Source of the DNA: Alloascoidea hylecoeti
Taxonomy: Eukaryota
DNA length: 64,000 nt
Direction: 5' to 3'
Assembly: GCA_001600815.1 (NCBI GenBank)
Contig: BCKZ01000006.1
Coordinates: 434,001-498,000 of the forward strand
The notes beneath the pieces were generated by a model that saw only the letters and a list, made by a program, of their open reading frames with translations, did not search any database and was not told the origin of the DNA. Positions 11,001 to 21,760 of this stretch are shown here, piece by piece (the first letter of the stretch is position 1; each line of letters opens with the position of its first letter). A program made the position numbers and the translations under genes.

Positions 11001-14000
11001 AAATTATGCAATTTTGTGTATAACTCGTTCTTATTATTCTCAACTTGATTAAAGAAATAACCAGTGGGGTAAAGTCTTAGCCGTTTCAGAGAATAATACT
11101 CATCAAAAGACTTCTCAGGGGAAATATATGAAAATAAATCTATATTAGGTTCTATTTCTTGACACTCCTCATCGTTTGGTGTACAAGATCTTACAGATGG
11201 CGTAGGGATTCCGTCTTCTATATTATTTTTTTCCGTATCTGAATTGGCGTCTTCCTTTTCCGAAGAAGACACACCTGATTTTCTAGTAGAATCCAACAGA
11301 AGCGCAATTCCAGAAACCGAACCACAAATATAATTAAAAGCAGATGTTAGCTCATCCGATGTGGTGGTTAATGAAACCTCTTTCGATACATCTGCTGATA
11401 AGATCTTCTTGATAACATCAAGACTTTCAGAAACATGTGCCGTGAAAAATTCCACTGCATATGAAACTTCGTTAACTTGAGGAATATACCATTTAAAATC
11501 CAATGCATCTGTCTTGAATCTTTCACGATCGAAATAATTATTAACAAGCTCCCAAGCTTTATTTGTTATTCCTTCGGCTAACTGAAACTTATTTGAAACA
11601 ATGGCATTATCTAGGTTTTCTGTCTTTGTTAGCGTAACCAATACCTGGTGGACTAAATGGCTGGCGTAACTAACAGCTGAACCTTTTAAATTTCTCATGA
11701 GATAAAGGGATAAGTTTAGAAGTTCCTCTTTTTCAGAAAGAATATGTTGCTGCATATACCGAGCACAAGTAGACAGAATATATATGTACCAAATAAGAGG
11801 TTGATCGATAGGTGAAATATCTTTCCCGCTTCTTAGTTTGCCAGCACCATTTTCTTCGATTTCTTCTCTTATTTTATCATTCAAAGACCTGAACACATAT
11901 TTCCACGTCTTTTCAACGTCAGGTGCATTCGCAATTAAGGCGCCGCATATTGGCGCTATCAATTCCATTGCGGGATATCTAACTCTATCCAAAATTTCAT
12001 TCATGAACCTATCAATCGTCAATTGGCGTAACTCTGGAGATGCAGATGACATAATTGTAGAAACGGTTAATGGAGCAAGTGAAGAAAACTTGGATTCCAT
12101 TGAATTTCGGCTTTTCCTTTTGGATAAATCTGGTAAATTATCAATGACAAGAACCAATCTGTCTATAAAGGAGGATAGAAACGATTCAAAAGCCCCAGTC
12201 GAAGAATTTAATAAATTGATCTCTGTTTCCTCGTCAATATTAAATGAAGGCTCAAGACTGTCCTCTGTCCTAATATTTTCCGCCGTTCCAGCCATACTAT
12301 ATGCATCATTTATATAATCATTATGTGCCAAAATAAATTGCTGTGCCATATCTGTTCCACACCCATCACTTAAATCATAGAATGGTGCGTACATAGATGT
12401 TATGATCAGAAAATGTAGGGCATGACTAGACTTCAGCAAATCATTTGAGTCTATTGCTGGAAGAATAAGTGTAAGTAATGTAGTTAAATGGATTCTATAA
12501 ACTGGTGTAGTGGTAATAAACCGTGCCAAAACTCTCAATTGTTTTAATGCTGAGACAGTACGATGACTTTCTGAAATACCACTCAAAGCGGAATATATTT
12601 CTTTTAATGCAGGAGGAAGAATAAGATCTGGTTCAAGATATCCAAGACCTTGCAATGCACTGAGTGAGGAATTGGCGGCAGATTCGTTCTTTGAGTGAAT
12701 TCCTAGGAACACAGCCGGTCGAATAGCTAATACGAATTGCTTTTTTAATTCAGCGTTTAGTTTATACTTTTCGGGAACAATTATGTTTCCTTGTTGCTCA
12801 TCATTCCATCTTTGAACAAATAAATCAACTGTGAAACCTAGCAACTGAGTAATGCCTTTGGTCCATGACCCGAAATTGGAAGGATGGAAAAAGGTTATAA
12901 TGCTTTCCAATAATCCTTTAAATCTGGTCAAGACGCCATTCGATGGGTTGAGTGCTTGGGGTCCAATAGAATATACTATGATATGGGCTATAGATTTAAC
13001 ACATCCAGATTTCTCCATTCTATCCAATTGGTGCTTTCCTATAAAGTTAATTACAGCTGCTTCTGGAATGTATGGTGACGGGAAATTAGATATTGGAATA
13101 CTGAGCAATCTTAAAATAGCGGTGAAAATGAAAGACATTTGCTCATCAGTATACAATCCGGAAGGCCCAAATTCGATGCTACCTCTATCAACATTATTAT
13201 CGGTAATAGCTTTTTTACTTATAGAAGAAAACACATCGACAATGCGACACTCAAATGAAAACGATTTCCATCTCAAAGACCAGACATGAAATAGAGTTGG
13301 AAAATAGTGAATGATATTGAGTTTCGTACTCTCTGTATCAAAGTAAAATGGAACTGAAATGGAGATTAGAGAAATTGCACTAAGGGATGCACTATCAGAT
13401 AACGGGTTAAAATTCGATAATGACAGTTCCATAATATCTGGAATTGCCTCTTTTGTAAAGAATTGTTTGGCAGCAGTGGCAAGCTTAATAAAACAGCCGG
13501 GATCCCCTTCATCATATCGTTTAAATCTGACCAGTAACTGAGGGAAAAAAATTTGTTTTAATCTATCAACTATGGGTTTATGATCTAAAATCAGACCACT
13601 AGTTTCCATTAAGTTCTTATCTTTACTCAACCTGATAAACATGGAAACAACTTTTTCGAGCGGAAGATTGTCGACTTTCATCAATGCAATTGCATAATAA
13701 ACTTTTATAAGTTTTATTCGAAGTTTCAAAGGCATATCAAACTTCAGAGACATCCAAGATCTTAATTCTTTAGTCCAATGGGAGACACTTTTAACACTAA
13801 ATTGTTGTTGATCGCTTCTCGGAGTAGAATCTTCAATTGTGTCATACTCTTCTTGAAGATTGAAATTAATCGCAGAAGTTTTTAAGGTACCAGTCGGATC
13901 TAAACTCATGATAGAAATATACAAGTTCCTCAGAATGAAGCTGAGATGGACCATCCTATCATATTTCGATTCAATGGGGAATGGAAGTAGCTGATGATAA

Positions 14001-14230
14001 GCCAGAGTTCGAGGTCTTGTGCGCTCAAAGAACGGCGAACTGGGGTCGTAAATGGCATCAAGTTCATCAGATTCCTTGACAGTAAGATTCTTCTCGAAAG
14101 ATGGGTAGTTGAGTCCGTAAGTTTGTAGATTTGCCTTGACACTATCAGCGCTCGCGGTTGGCAGCTTTAGATGTTGTGAAGAACGCATGGACCCTTGATT
14201 TGTGGCCGTAGCTTTCAGTAGACTTGACAT
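8030..14230 (-). CDS. BLM10: Proteasome activator Blm10/PA200
   Basis: ~2060 aa HEAT-repeat-like protein with 'TFFHPSNFGSW', 'FKKTRQDTW' and C-terminal 'LEGVLWKSYFA'. First ATG at 14230; the ORF track starts at an upstream TTG. Confidence 0.95.
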   Translation of the reverse strand: MSSLLKATATNQGSMRSSQHLKLPTASADSVKANLQTYGLNYPSFEKNLTVKESDELDAIYDPSSPFFERTRPRTLAYHQLLPFPIESKYDRMVHLSFILRNLYISIMSLDPTGTLKTSAINFNLQEEYDTIEDSTPRSDQQQFSVKSVSHWTKELRSWMSLKFDMPLKLRIKLIKVYYAIALMKVDNLPLEKVVSMFIRLSKDKNLMETSGLILDHKPIVDRLKQIFFPQLLVRFKRYDEGDPGCFIKLATAAKQFFTKEAIPDIMELSLSNFNPLSDSASLSAISLISISVPFYFDTESTKLNIIHYFPTLFHVWSLRWKSFSFECRIVDVFSSISKKAITDNNVDRGSIEFGPSGLYTDEQMSFIFTAILRLLSIPISNFPSPYIPEAAVINFIGKHQLDRMEKSGCVKSIAHIIVYSIGPQALNPSNGVLTRFKGLLESIITFFHPSNFGSWTKGITQLLGFTVDLFVQRWNDEQQGNIIVPEKYKLNAELKKQFVLAIRPAVFLGIHSKNESAANSSLSALQGLGYLEPDLILPPALKEIYSALSGISESHRTVSALKQLRVLARFITTTPVYRIHLTTLLTLILPAIDSNDLLKSSHALHFLIITSMYAPFYDLSDGCGTDMAQQFILAHNDYINDAYSMAGTAENIRTEDSLEPSFNIDEETEINLLNSSTGAFESFLSSFIDRLVLVIDNLPDLSKRKSRNSMESKFSSLAPLTVSTIMSSASPELRQLTIDRFMNEILDRVRYPAMELIAPICGALIANAPDVEKTWKYVFRSLNDKIREEIEENGAGKLRSGKDISPIDQPLIWYIYILSTCARYMQQHILSEKEELLNLSLYLMRNLKGSAVSYASHLVHQVLVTLTKTENLDNAIVSNKFQLAEGITNKAWELVNNYFDRERFKTDALDFKWYIPQVNEVSYAVEFFTAHVSESLDVIKKILSADVSKEVSLTTTSDELTSAFNYICGSVSGIALLLDSTRKSGVSSSEKEDANSDTEKNNIEDGIPTPSVRSCTPNDEECQEIEPNIDLFSYISPEKSFDEYYSLKRLRLYPTGYFFNQVENNKNELYTKLHNLHDEIGQTLHLAFDYLRSNKEGDVSLYHSYLVALKIWFADVGAEKVNKSSEFRIVKYSRLIQPHKIPGIAKPYPRGLLTERMNAYYSERLIHNLTPRTLTSLDRLLLKDIVISSMSNYQTIRREASSTLETVLKVVTGSHSLVVNTIINEINKALLDKDDWKTAESGIRVLNIRSLKHTISRNAKHLIDITKTLNKALQVDYDPLTDTASHLFETIDSDFISLLQICEFDKIAIDLIRPCDSGLDSTIEKIRNQKSEKLKLTVTRLVELRDYLIQEVKNSHWRISIMNTSLLTDISCRFGVPTSGEVLDFLINHAIDPHPEVSNHCFEGMKSIVDKFNCLAANNYNINEIYDVWGVSKENTTVDLKMLSKISSEMNQLETENTNVTFLFDKGQQSGWLLWPRNLVADAVSAPLYDFNMDDELLLKSSFSKMTKEWLQKFVSLRLNETNSRSPEDRPVFRQSLALLYSTLLEFVIRGFSSLTFDEYIEVVQETYISDDRYCHCAVAELCGGMILVSKRTPNELAGKRDDVIISLLNKVFADDLSPDNFDIWHSFSAWALLGVDFRRIIRISRKILDYKIDRNSSAAFKDSSRLHLVKRMVSMIGWYQNFDGLFDDCWSNINHPYQAVSHQIGGVMTVLYSISIHESYLSLDTLANSNANTKGRLGLPVYQLDNRYATQINNGFKNLEKWRINAIGLSGQKLQWSDYMCGSRTTLNWLFESLNTVSAGFLEPYVADYIIPFLLKLSNTKEITEIEDILNAVFKSLGNLAYPQDSLQKLINVIIEYSTTRHLLSTNDNSKVEVVTWHQKRMLLNLTQAIYFRQLFLLSNAQKKQLIQFVSNSLFDHQLEVRTLASDTISGIIRCSPKVESDSQIPILIKYFRKILKTRSKVASEQDRSQSEDFGIKKHGATLGLCALVEAFPYDSPPPPWIPKVLTIIANKCCGNPGIVGKSAKSTISNFKKTRQDTWHIDSKIFTSEQLEDLEGVLWKSYFA

Positions 14231-14732
14231 TACAAAGCTGCACAACGAAATTATTAAACTATAGCCCCTTACTTACAAATATGGTGCAAGTAAAGGTACA
14301 ATCAAAAGATATGAATGCCTTTTCTAGTCCAAATAATGTTGTCCGATATATAACGAGGCCGGTTAAATAACAATAACAGAATTTGATGGAGTTCGGATGA
14401 AGGTTTATAGGTGGGTGGCGGAAGTAGCTACTAACTACAGTACATATTATAAATAAATATTATATTCTATCGTGTATTATTTATTCTCTTGAGCAAATGC
14501 CATCAACTCCTATAAATAAGCCTATAAAGAAATTGTCGTCAATTAACAATCATCAATATTAGATAAAAAAAAAAAAAAAGCAAAAACGAAATGAAGTCAA
14601 AAATAACAAGCTTAGGTCTAAAATAACAATTAAATAATAGGCGTCTCAGACAAAGACTAATAATGAAAAAATAAATATCAAAAATGTCCAAACTCATTTA
14701 ACGATAACTCTGTAATCGTAGCTATAGAAATT

Positions 14733-16562
14733 TCATGATTTCTGTCTCTTTTGGGGCTGGAATTTATAATCTGGATGTACTATTTTATGTATCTCCTTTT
14801 CCTTCGTTGAAAACTTAGCAAATGACTCCTTTACCGATTCCTCTTCTGTTTTCCAGAGAAGGGCAACAACTTGGGAAATTGATTGATGGTTTAATTTGGG
14901 AATGTCAATAATAAGTTCATGGCGCTCTGTCACATTACTGGCTTTGTTCCCAGCCTGTTGATGCTCATAAATAAAAACAGATTCTGCAATTGCATAGATA
15001 AAAGCGGCCTGTATTTGAAACTTCCTATAAAGCATGAAGGAATTCAATGGTCTTTTCACATAGTTTAAGCCCTTATTTTTATGTTTCTGCCTGGTTTTCG
15101 AACCGCTGTGGATTCTTGAGGATGTACTGTCATCTCCCAGTAAACTAGGGTGATACACTTTTAATAGGGGGTTTTCAATCTTTTCGGTATCCTCTTCTGA
15201 TGACAATTCGTCTCCGCTACTTGTACAAATTTCTAGGTATTTCCCGAATTCTCGCTCATCAATACACCATCTGCTGACAACCCCTAATCCCAGTGAATTA
15301 TTTCCTTCTTTAGTCTTTAATTGATCAGTGATACCATATTTAATTGCCTTTTCAACCTTCTCTTTCACCTGATTTTGCTGGAAAAGACAAATCACCTGTT
15401 CAACCACTTGTAAATCCAACGATCTTTTCTTTGCTAGTAATTTAATTTTATCACATCTCTCAGGTGTTAGATCTGAAATTCCGATCCACTGTATATATTT
15501 CTTTGAACTTTTTGGTTGATGTATAGTATCAGTTGATGCATCACTAGTTATGATGTTAGTACTATTGGAGTCTAGAACTAAATCATATGCACTTGAAAAT
15601 GAGTAATCTCTATCTACACCCCAAGTCCTTGTTTTTTTTGTAGGTTGCTCAAATCCTTGTGAAGTTGGTAATCGTTTAAGAGAAATTTGAGGATGTTGCG
15701 TATAATTAACGTTGGTGGGGAACTCATGCTCCTCCTGATTATCTGTCTGTGTTACTGTATCTACTACTTTTGGATGACTAGCTTCTGGTTTTGTGTGGGG
15801 GGTTTCGCCCTTGATTCTACTAACTAATTCCATATTAAAGGCGTTTTCTATATCTGCTTTGGAAATTATACTATTGCTAGAGTTAGGATCTGTATCAGGT
15901 TCACGTTCAGGCTCAATTTTTAAGCCTGATAGTACAGACATTTCAAAATCCTCTAATTTGCTACTAGTGAGGTCACTCCAGTGCTCATCAAAATCTGTAG
16001 AAAATGGGTTGTTTAATGAATTGATATTATCAGTGTATTTTGGGCCATATATTTCATCTTTGAGATTTAGTGGCTTAAGTTGGTAATCTGAAAAATTAAG
16101 GTTCATTTTTTCGGGGTTCAATTCAGGTGAAGTTAAATTGGAACTATTCAACGACTCAACTTGTGATATGAGTGATGAGGCAGATGACGACGAAGATGTT
16201 GATATTCGTTTAGCGTTAGTAAATAGATTGTCCATTGGCTTGGGTAAAGTAAAGTTGAAAGACTGTTGAATTTGGGATGGCATGTCTTTAGGAGAATCGG
16301 AAATATCTGGCATGATTTCATCGCCTAATTGAAAGTCAGGATCCATCATTATATCATCATGGTCGGTGTCATTCGATAGATAGTCATTAATATCAAATAC
16401 ATTATCAATAGACATAAAATCATAAGCTGAAATTGAGTGCCTAGTCTCTAGATCCAACTTATTGTGGAAAGCACCAGCTATAGTATCAGTAAAAACAGCA
16501 TTTTGTTGTAATTGATAATCTGGCGATGAGAGGGTTCCTTGGGATTTAGGACCAAGTGGCAT
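14733..16562 (-). CDS. Sequence-specific (MATA/SOX-type) HMG-box transcription factor with C-terminal HMG box
   Basis: 'YVKRPLNSFMLYRK...NHQSISQVVALLWKTEEESVKESF...EKEIHKIVHPDYKFQPQKR' at the C-terminus; long acidic/Ser-rich N-terminus; first ATG at 16562. Confidence 0.9.
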   Translation of the reverse strand: MPLGPKSQGTLSSPDYQLQQNAVFTDTIAGAFHNKLDLETRHSISAYDFMSIDNVFDINDYLSNDTDHDDIMMDPDFQLGDEIMPDISDSPKDMPSQIQQSFNFTLPKPMDNLFTNAKRISTSSSSSASSLISQVESLNSSNLTSPELNPEKMNLNFSDYQLKPLNLKDEIYGPKYTDNINSLNNPFSTDFDEHWSDLTSSKLEDFEMSVLSGLKIEPEREPDTDPNSSNSIISKADIENAFNMELVSRIKGETPHTKPEASHPKVVDTVTQTDNQEEHEFPTNVNYTQHPQISLKRLPTSQGFEQPTKKTRTWGVDRDYSFSSAYDLVLDSNSTNIITSDASTDTIHQPKSSKKYIQWIGISDLTPERCDKIKLLAKKRSLDLQVVEQVICLFQQNQVKEKVEKAIKYGITDQLKTKEGNNSLGLGVVSRWCIDEREFGKYLEICTSSGDELSSEEDTEKIENPLLKVYHPSLLGDDSTSSRIHSGSKTRQKHKNKGLNYVKRPLNSFMLYRKFQIQAAFIYAIAESVFIYEHQQAGNKASNVTERHELIIDIPKLNHQSISQVVALLWKTEEESVKESFAKFSTKEKEIHKIVHPDYKFQPQKRQKS

Positions 16563-17392
16563 TTTAAGAGAATTTATATCAAAGATTAGAATATGCAATT
16601 TTTCAACTGCTAAATAATATAACTTTAAAGAGTAGAATTTAAACAAGAAGCTTTAGAAGCGAATAAGGGAGATTTCTGGGGATTCGGTGGAGTTATAGTG
16701 CTAATAAAATGCAATCTAATATGTGTTCCAAAAAGAAAGAAAGATACGTGCATCATCTCTCCATATTCACAAGTCAGTCCCTGATGGGATCGTTCTGGAG
16801 CATGATAATATTCGGTAATACTGTCCTGGGCATTACAGAAATAAAGGAAAATATGCTATAAAAACATGGTGATTTTAATGCATCTTTTACGTCGGGCGTT
16901 CACTGTTTTATTATGATGATGAGCATTCGGACTTTCTTATATTCCGTTTTGGGTATTGATTTAAATTTCAATGATGCCTTATAATTCTATTTCTATTGTT
17001 CTCTCCTGATTCAAACCCGTAGTGATTCTAGCGAATAGGATAATTAGTCAACTCCAAGTCCTTTAATATTGCTGAAGCTTAGTCTAGCTAACTGTTGTCA
17101 AATAAAGCCCCTATATATATCTGGTAATATGAGCAAGGGTTATTATATAATAATTGGTTTTCTGTCATTATACTTTTCGATAATCTATACTATTCTATAG
17201 CATATGCATAGAGCTTGAGGGATTGCCTCAGATGAATCATTATCAGATGATTTAGAGAGATAGTATTAGTTTAGTGAGTAAGTTAAAGTTAAAAATGGGA
17301 TATGATTATATAATTATTATAAAGTTTATATAAGATACTTTTAATTAAATTTAAACGATTGCAATTGTGTCATATGCATAATAATCATTGCA

Positions 17393-18585
17393 TACCGTAG
17401 TAATAGATGGACATCGATTAAACTTGCGCTTTTTTTCTAGCCACTCCAAAAAATGTCAATATTATAACCAGCCACTGAATCCTTTACAAGACCTTAGACT
17501 GTTTTTAAAATAGTGCAAAATGTTCCGGAGATACTAGAGACTATATTAGTCTATATAAAATGAAAATTTAAATTTAGCATTTAGTGTTGAGTCTGTTGAC
17601 ACCCTTAACCCTGTAAAAGGCTGTCAGAAGGAATGTAGACGTCAATCAGATCATCAATGATATCCTGATCTATGAAGTCCCAATAGTTTGAGAGAGAGTC
17701 GAATAATAAATCTTTCGTCATTTATACGCCATTTGGAAGGCTCATAATGGCAACTTCTGCCTTGTGGTGTACTTTATTGAGGAGATTCCATTGGATTCAG
17801 ATCTGGTGAACGTCATGTCACAAACTCAATTTATTGTGATTCCGGCTCTATGGATAGTGTGTTATCCTGTTTGAGTATAGCACCTTCAGTATTCGCACCA
17901 ATGCCCTCTCACAAAGATTCTATCTAAAAACATACGATGGCTCCTTTTTTCTGCTATTAGGATCCCCAACCACTCTATGCAGTGAAGCACGACCTCCTTT
18001 CCCATTCCATAAGTTCTACAAACCCATACTTTCTTATATTATAAATATTTTGAAGTTCAAAGGCCTGATGCGGCTTTCGGAGAGCATATATATTATACCT
18101 TTCCAGCTCCGGATTCTATAAGGACCGAACATCCGAGTACAACATCTCAAACGTCCTGAGACCACTCTAATCTATCTTTATATCACATCTGTTGCTTTGG
18201 TTCCTTCACTCAGATAAGACCCTTAAATGCCAAAGCCTTTAAGACCCTCATATTTTGATTTACCATCCTCACAGTAAGTTTGTTTAGCTCTCTTATTCGA
18301 TAAGGTGTTACACCAGAAGAATTGTTGGCATGTTTCTTCAGTGAACTACACAATTGAAAGGTTAATATTAGGCCTTATTCCTATTCCAGCATTTGAGGAG
18401 ACATGCTTACTCAGATTACATATTTCAGTTCACTTACCTAGGTAGTTGTTTGGTTGAAATTTATTTTACAGTTACCTGAAATATAGCTAGCGCTTAACGG
18501 GATTCTTGAAGCCATTTAAAAAGATTTTCTGCGGGTGTCTGGAAAAGAAAGCGTAAGTTTGCTCGATAGACGATATATTCACATC
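17393..18585 (-). mobile_element. Fossil Tc1/mariner-type DNA transposon with degenerate TIRs
   Basis: Minus-strand transposase motifs in correct order: KDRLEWSQ (~18150-18179), WKGIIY..SESRI (~18067-18105), KVWVCR, QDN..IHRA (17845-17869), SPDLNPME (17786-17809), YWDFIDQDIIDDLID, TKC-stop (17574). Flanked by an inverted repeat, 17413-17454 vs 18524-18567, with 35/44 aligned columns identical by hand count. Confidence 0.85.
17574..18290 (-). pseudogene. Tc1-family DDE transposase pseudogene (frameshifts, stops, deletions)
   Basis: Motifs as listed for the element. The spacing from the QDN Asp to the SPDLNPxE Glu is only ~78 nt, versus 105 nt expected for DD34E, implying deletions. Confidence 0.85.
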
Positions 18586-21500
18586 ATAGCTCCATGAATA
18601 TAACAATATATAGCATATACGTATACCTATGACCTATCACCTATTTTTAAATATAACCAGATATCTGCTAGTTATTATTTCACCTAACCTGTGTATAACA
18701 CCGTCAAACGTATATAGATGCAATTATAGATTCTAGAATGGATTAATAAATATGAAACTGTTTATAATTTCAGCGTTTTGTCATATTCCTTTAAATTGAT
18801 TTGTATAGGCCTATATACATGTGTATATAATTATATAAAGTTTATATACCTAAGTGGACTGATTCTATGGTACCGGTAAAAATTGCTGCAACAGAATTCA
18901 ATTTTATCATGGATATAATTATAACTTCTTAAATTTATAAAGTTATGTAAATTTACCATAATTATTTTATCAGGAATGAGGATCCATTATCAATTCAAGA
19001 CCATTAGTATTTGTAGAAGCTATACCGCTATATAACTTTGAATTAGATTTTAGGTCAATATATACTATGGCCATAAACTATTTCATATAGGCCCTATAGG
19101 AAGTTCAAGTTGTACCTAAAACCGACCGATATTCTCGGCGAATGAAACAATATGTCTTAAGTTGTCTTCGCTGTACTGTATATATGTTATAACTTATAAA
19201 TTATCTTATAAGCTTATACGCATGGTACGTGTATCATACAGTTATTACAGTGCCCATGGGGATTTCTCCCTATATTAGGTGGAGACGCGAAAGGAATGCA
19301 TAATATGTATTATGTAATAATATATAAATTTTAATTATATAATTGTCAGAGCTCGAAACTTAGATATACATAGAATCATAATATATAATTATAATCTTGG
19401 TCTCGTTTCTTCTTAGAATAAAATCAGATACAGTAGTAAGTACTAGTGACAGTACTACTGCTCCCTTTATACCGGTCAATGCGACCTTTTTTTTTAATGT
19501 AGATCGAGAACAAATTACAACTTAGTAAATAAGCTTCTCGGGATTGTGTGTATTTAAATTCGGTTGCATATAATACATTATATAATAATGCTCAACCGTC
19601 AATCCAATATTATTATATATGGAAGCATGGAAGAAGTAGCAAGTGAATACATAGATCGCGATATCTAAATTTAATTTAAATTTATCTGTGTGGCAGACTT
19701 TTAGGAATTCCGAATACATCGTATGCATATACTGCGGTGACCATTATAAATAAAATTGTAAAGACACAATTGCAACGTTAAGCTACACCATAACGACAGC
19801 TCTACTGTTATAGTATAATCCAATAATTTACGAGGTGCCTGAAAATTAGTAAGTCATAAACAGAATGGCCTAAATTAAGTGGAATAACTGTATTTCAATG
19901 GCTTGTTAAAGATTTTTAAGACGAGAACATGCATATAAATATAAGTTAGTTGTATACATTCAAGATCAATCTATAACTACATGTTGAAGAATCTCATACA
20001 TACCTATGTATATAATTATAACTATATGAATATGCATAGAGCTAAAATATGTTACAAACTTGAATGAATTAGGTATATATAAATCAAAGTCATTTATAGA
20101 TCAAACATACGATCGAGTTTTATTTCTAACAAACAATTCTTGTTATATAATCAAAAATATGCGCTTATGAATAGTATTCCTTAACCTCAAGGCCTAGGTT
20201 TAATTTATGTGAACGCCAAAAGTTTGTGATTGTAACATTGCAATTGAAATCAGTATCCAACGTTAACGATAGATCCTGATCAGATTTATATACACATATA
20301 TTTGTATCTCTTAATTAGTTAAAACTTCGGAGGAAAAATATATAAATAAATAATGCTAAGTCTCCAAACTTGCGTTTTCTTAGCTTATACTGCAATCGGC
20401 TATCGAGTCAAGTTATATTTAACGTTAATTAAAAACGTTATTCGAGAAATGTCGGTAATTAAACAGAAATCGAAGCGATTATGCTTTAACAGATCATACA
20501 TAATTATAATTATTATAATGAATATCGGAAAAACAAAAAAATATTAACATTAGCCCATAATTAATATATTTATATATGCGTCGGACTGGTATAATATATA
20601 ACAGATTAATTAAACTTGCAATTGATTATAAGTAAATGCAAATATTGATATCTTCTATCACGATGGAAAAATTAAACCTTAGTAACGCTTGCCAGAAATC
20701 GGAACTGATCGGCGTACAACATCAAAAAACAAACACAATATTAATATCAATCTTCTCGAATCAATGCAAATTTATAAGTTATATAGTTGAAGATATAAAA
20801 ATGAACATAAACTTTTCAACTGTGTGCAGCACATCCTAGCTTACATAATTTTGAATACCAAAGTTAATATCCTCTCCTCCTCTTACCCTGTCTAATTATA
20901 TATATTTGTTTGGCGATTATTTTGGGGCGTGCCCCTTAAGTTTAGTCTGTATAGTGACTCATGGAATCTTATTTTTGCCTAAAATTTGTCGAGATGACTT
21001 ATTGAAATCACCATGGGCTCCTATATATATCTTGATTCTCCTTTATTTAAATAGTTAACGTTACATACAACCTATATGCTAGTTCGTTTCTTATTTTCTA
21101 TTGAAATAAGGAGATTAATTTTATACTATAGCTAAATTGCCAAATAACTTATACCATATTTATTGCTCCTCTCATTTTATTTCTTCGCATATTTCGAATT
21201 TTTTTATGTTGGAATATTAAATGGTTTTTAATATTAATATAAATGCATATTTAATTCATAAAGAGATTCATAATGATTTATATTTGTCATTTTTAGAGAT
21301 AATATTAATCATATATTATCTCTAAGTAAGTGAATAGCTACCGGTATAGAATCTATAGATATTGTAGTGCAATATTTACAAAATGATCATGTTGTAGTAA
21401 TGCATATGCATAGTGGATCATAGCCGTCCCTTCTGTTAATCAAGTCACTCCAACCAGTTCCAAATATATCTTGATAACTTATAGTAGTTTTCAAATAAAT

Positions 21501-21733
21501 CAATAATGTTGATATCGGATCTAAACTTATCCACTGAAGCATATAAATATATAAGCTAGCTGTAATTATTACAAATATTTTTGGTTACAATTAGGGATAC
21601 TGATGATTAAGCTTGGCATTGTTCTCAGCCCTATATATATCTTACAACTAGAAACCAATTGCAAATTTGCAATATACAGACATTTTATGATTGATCTATA
21701 GCGCTAATTAATATTAATATTAATTCAGGTGTG

Positions 21734-21760
21734 TACTTACTACTTACTACTTACTACTTA
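21734..21760 (+). repeat. Short tandem repeat (TACTTAC)x~4
   Basis: tacttac tacttac tacttac tactta seen directly. Confidence 0.9.

Noticed and set aside
11838..13541. Antisense ORFs of 60-159 aa inside BLM10 (and similar ones in KIN1, TUL1, UPF1, MED14)
   Set aside because: Shadow frames of long genuine CDSs.
14733..16562. Calling the HMG gene MATa2 / a MAT locus
   Set aside because: Too long, with no partner MAT genes or typical flanking genes in the window; kept only as a hypothesis.
16913..17009. ATGATGA...CTGA, possible C/D snoRNA
   Set aside because: No terminal stem and no rRNA-complementary guide that I could recognise.
19522..20839. Three 64-68 aa ORFs in the AT-rich island
   Set aside because: Short, low-complexity, no recognisable motifs; expected by chance.
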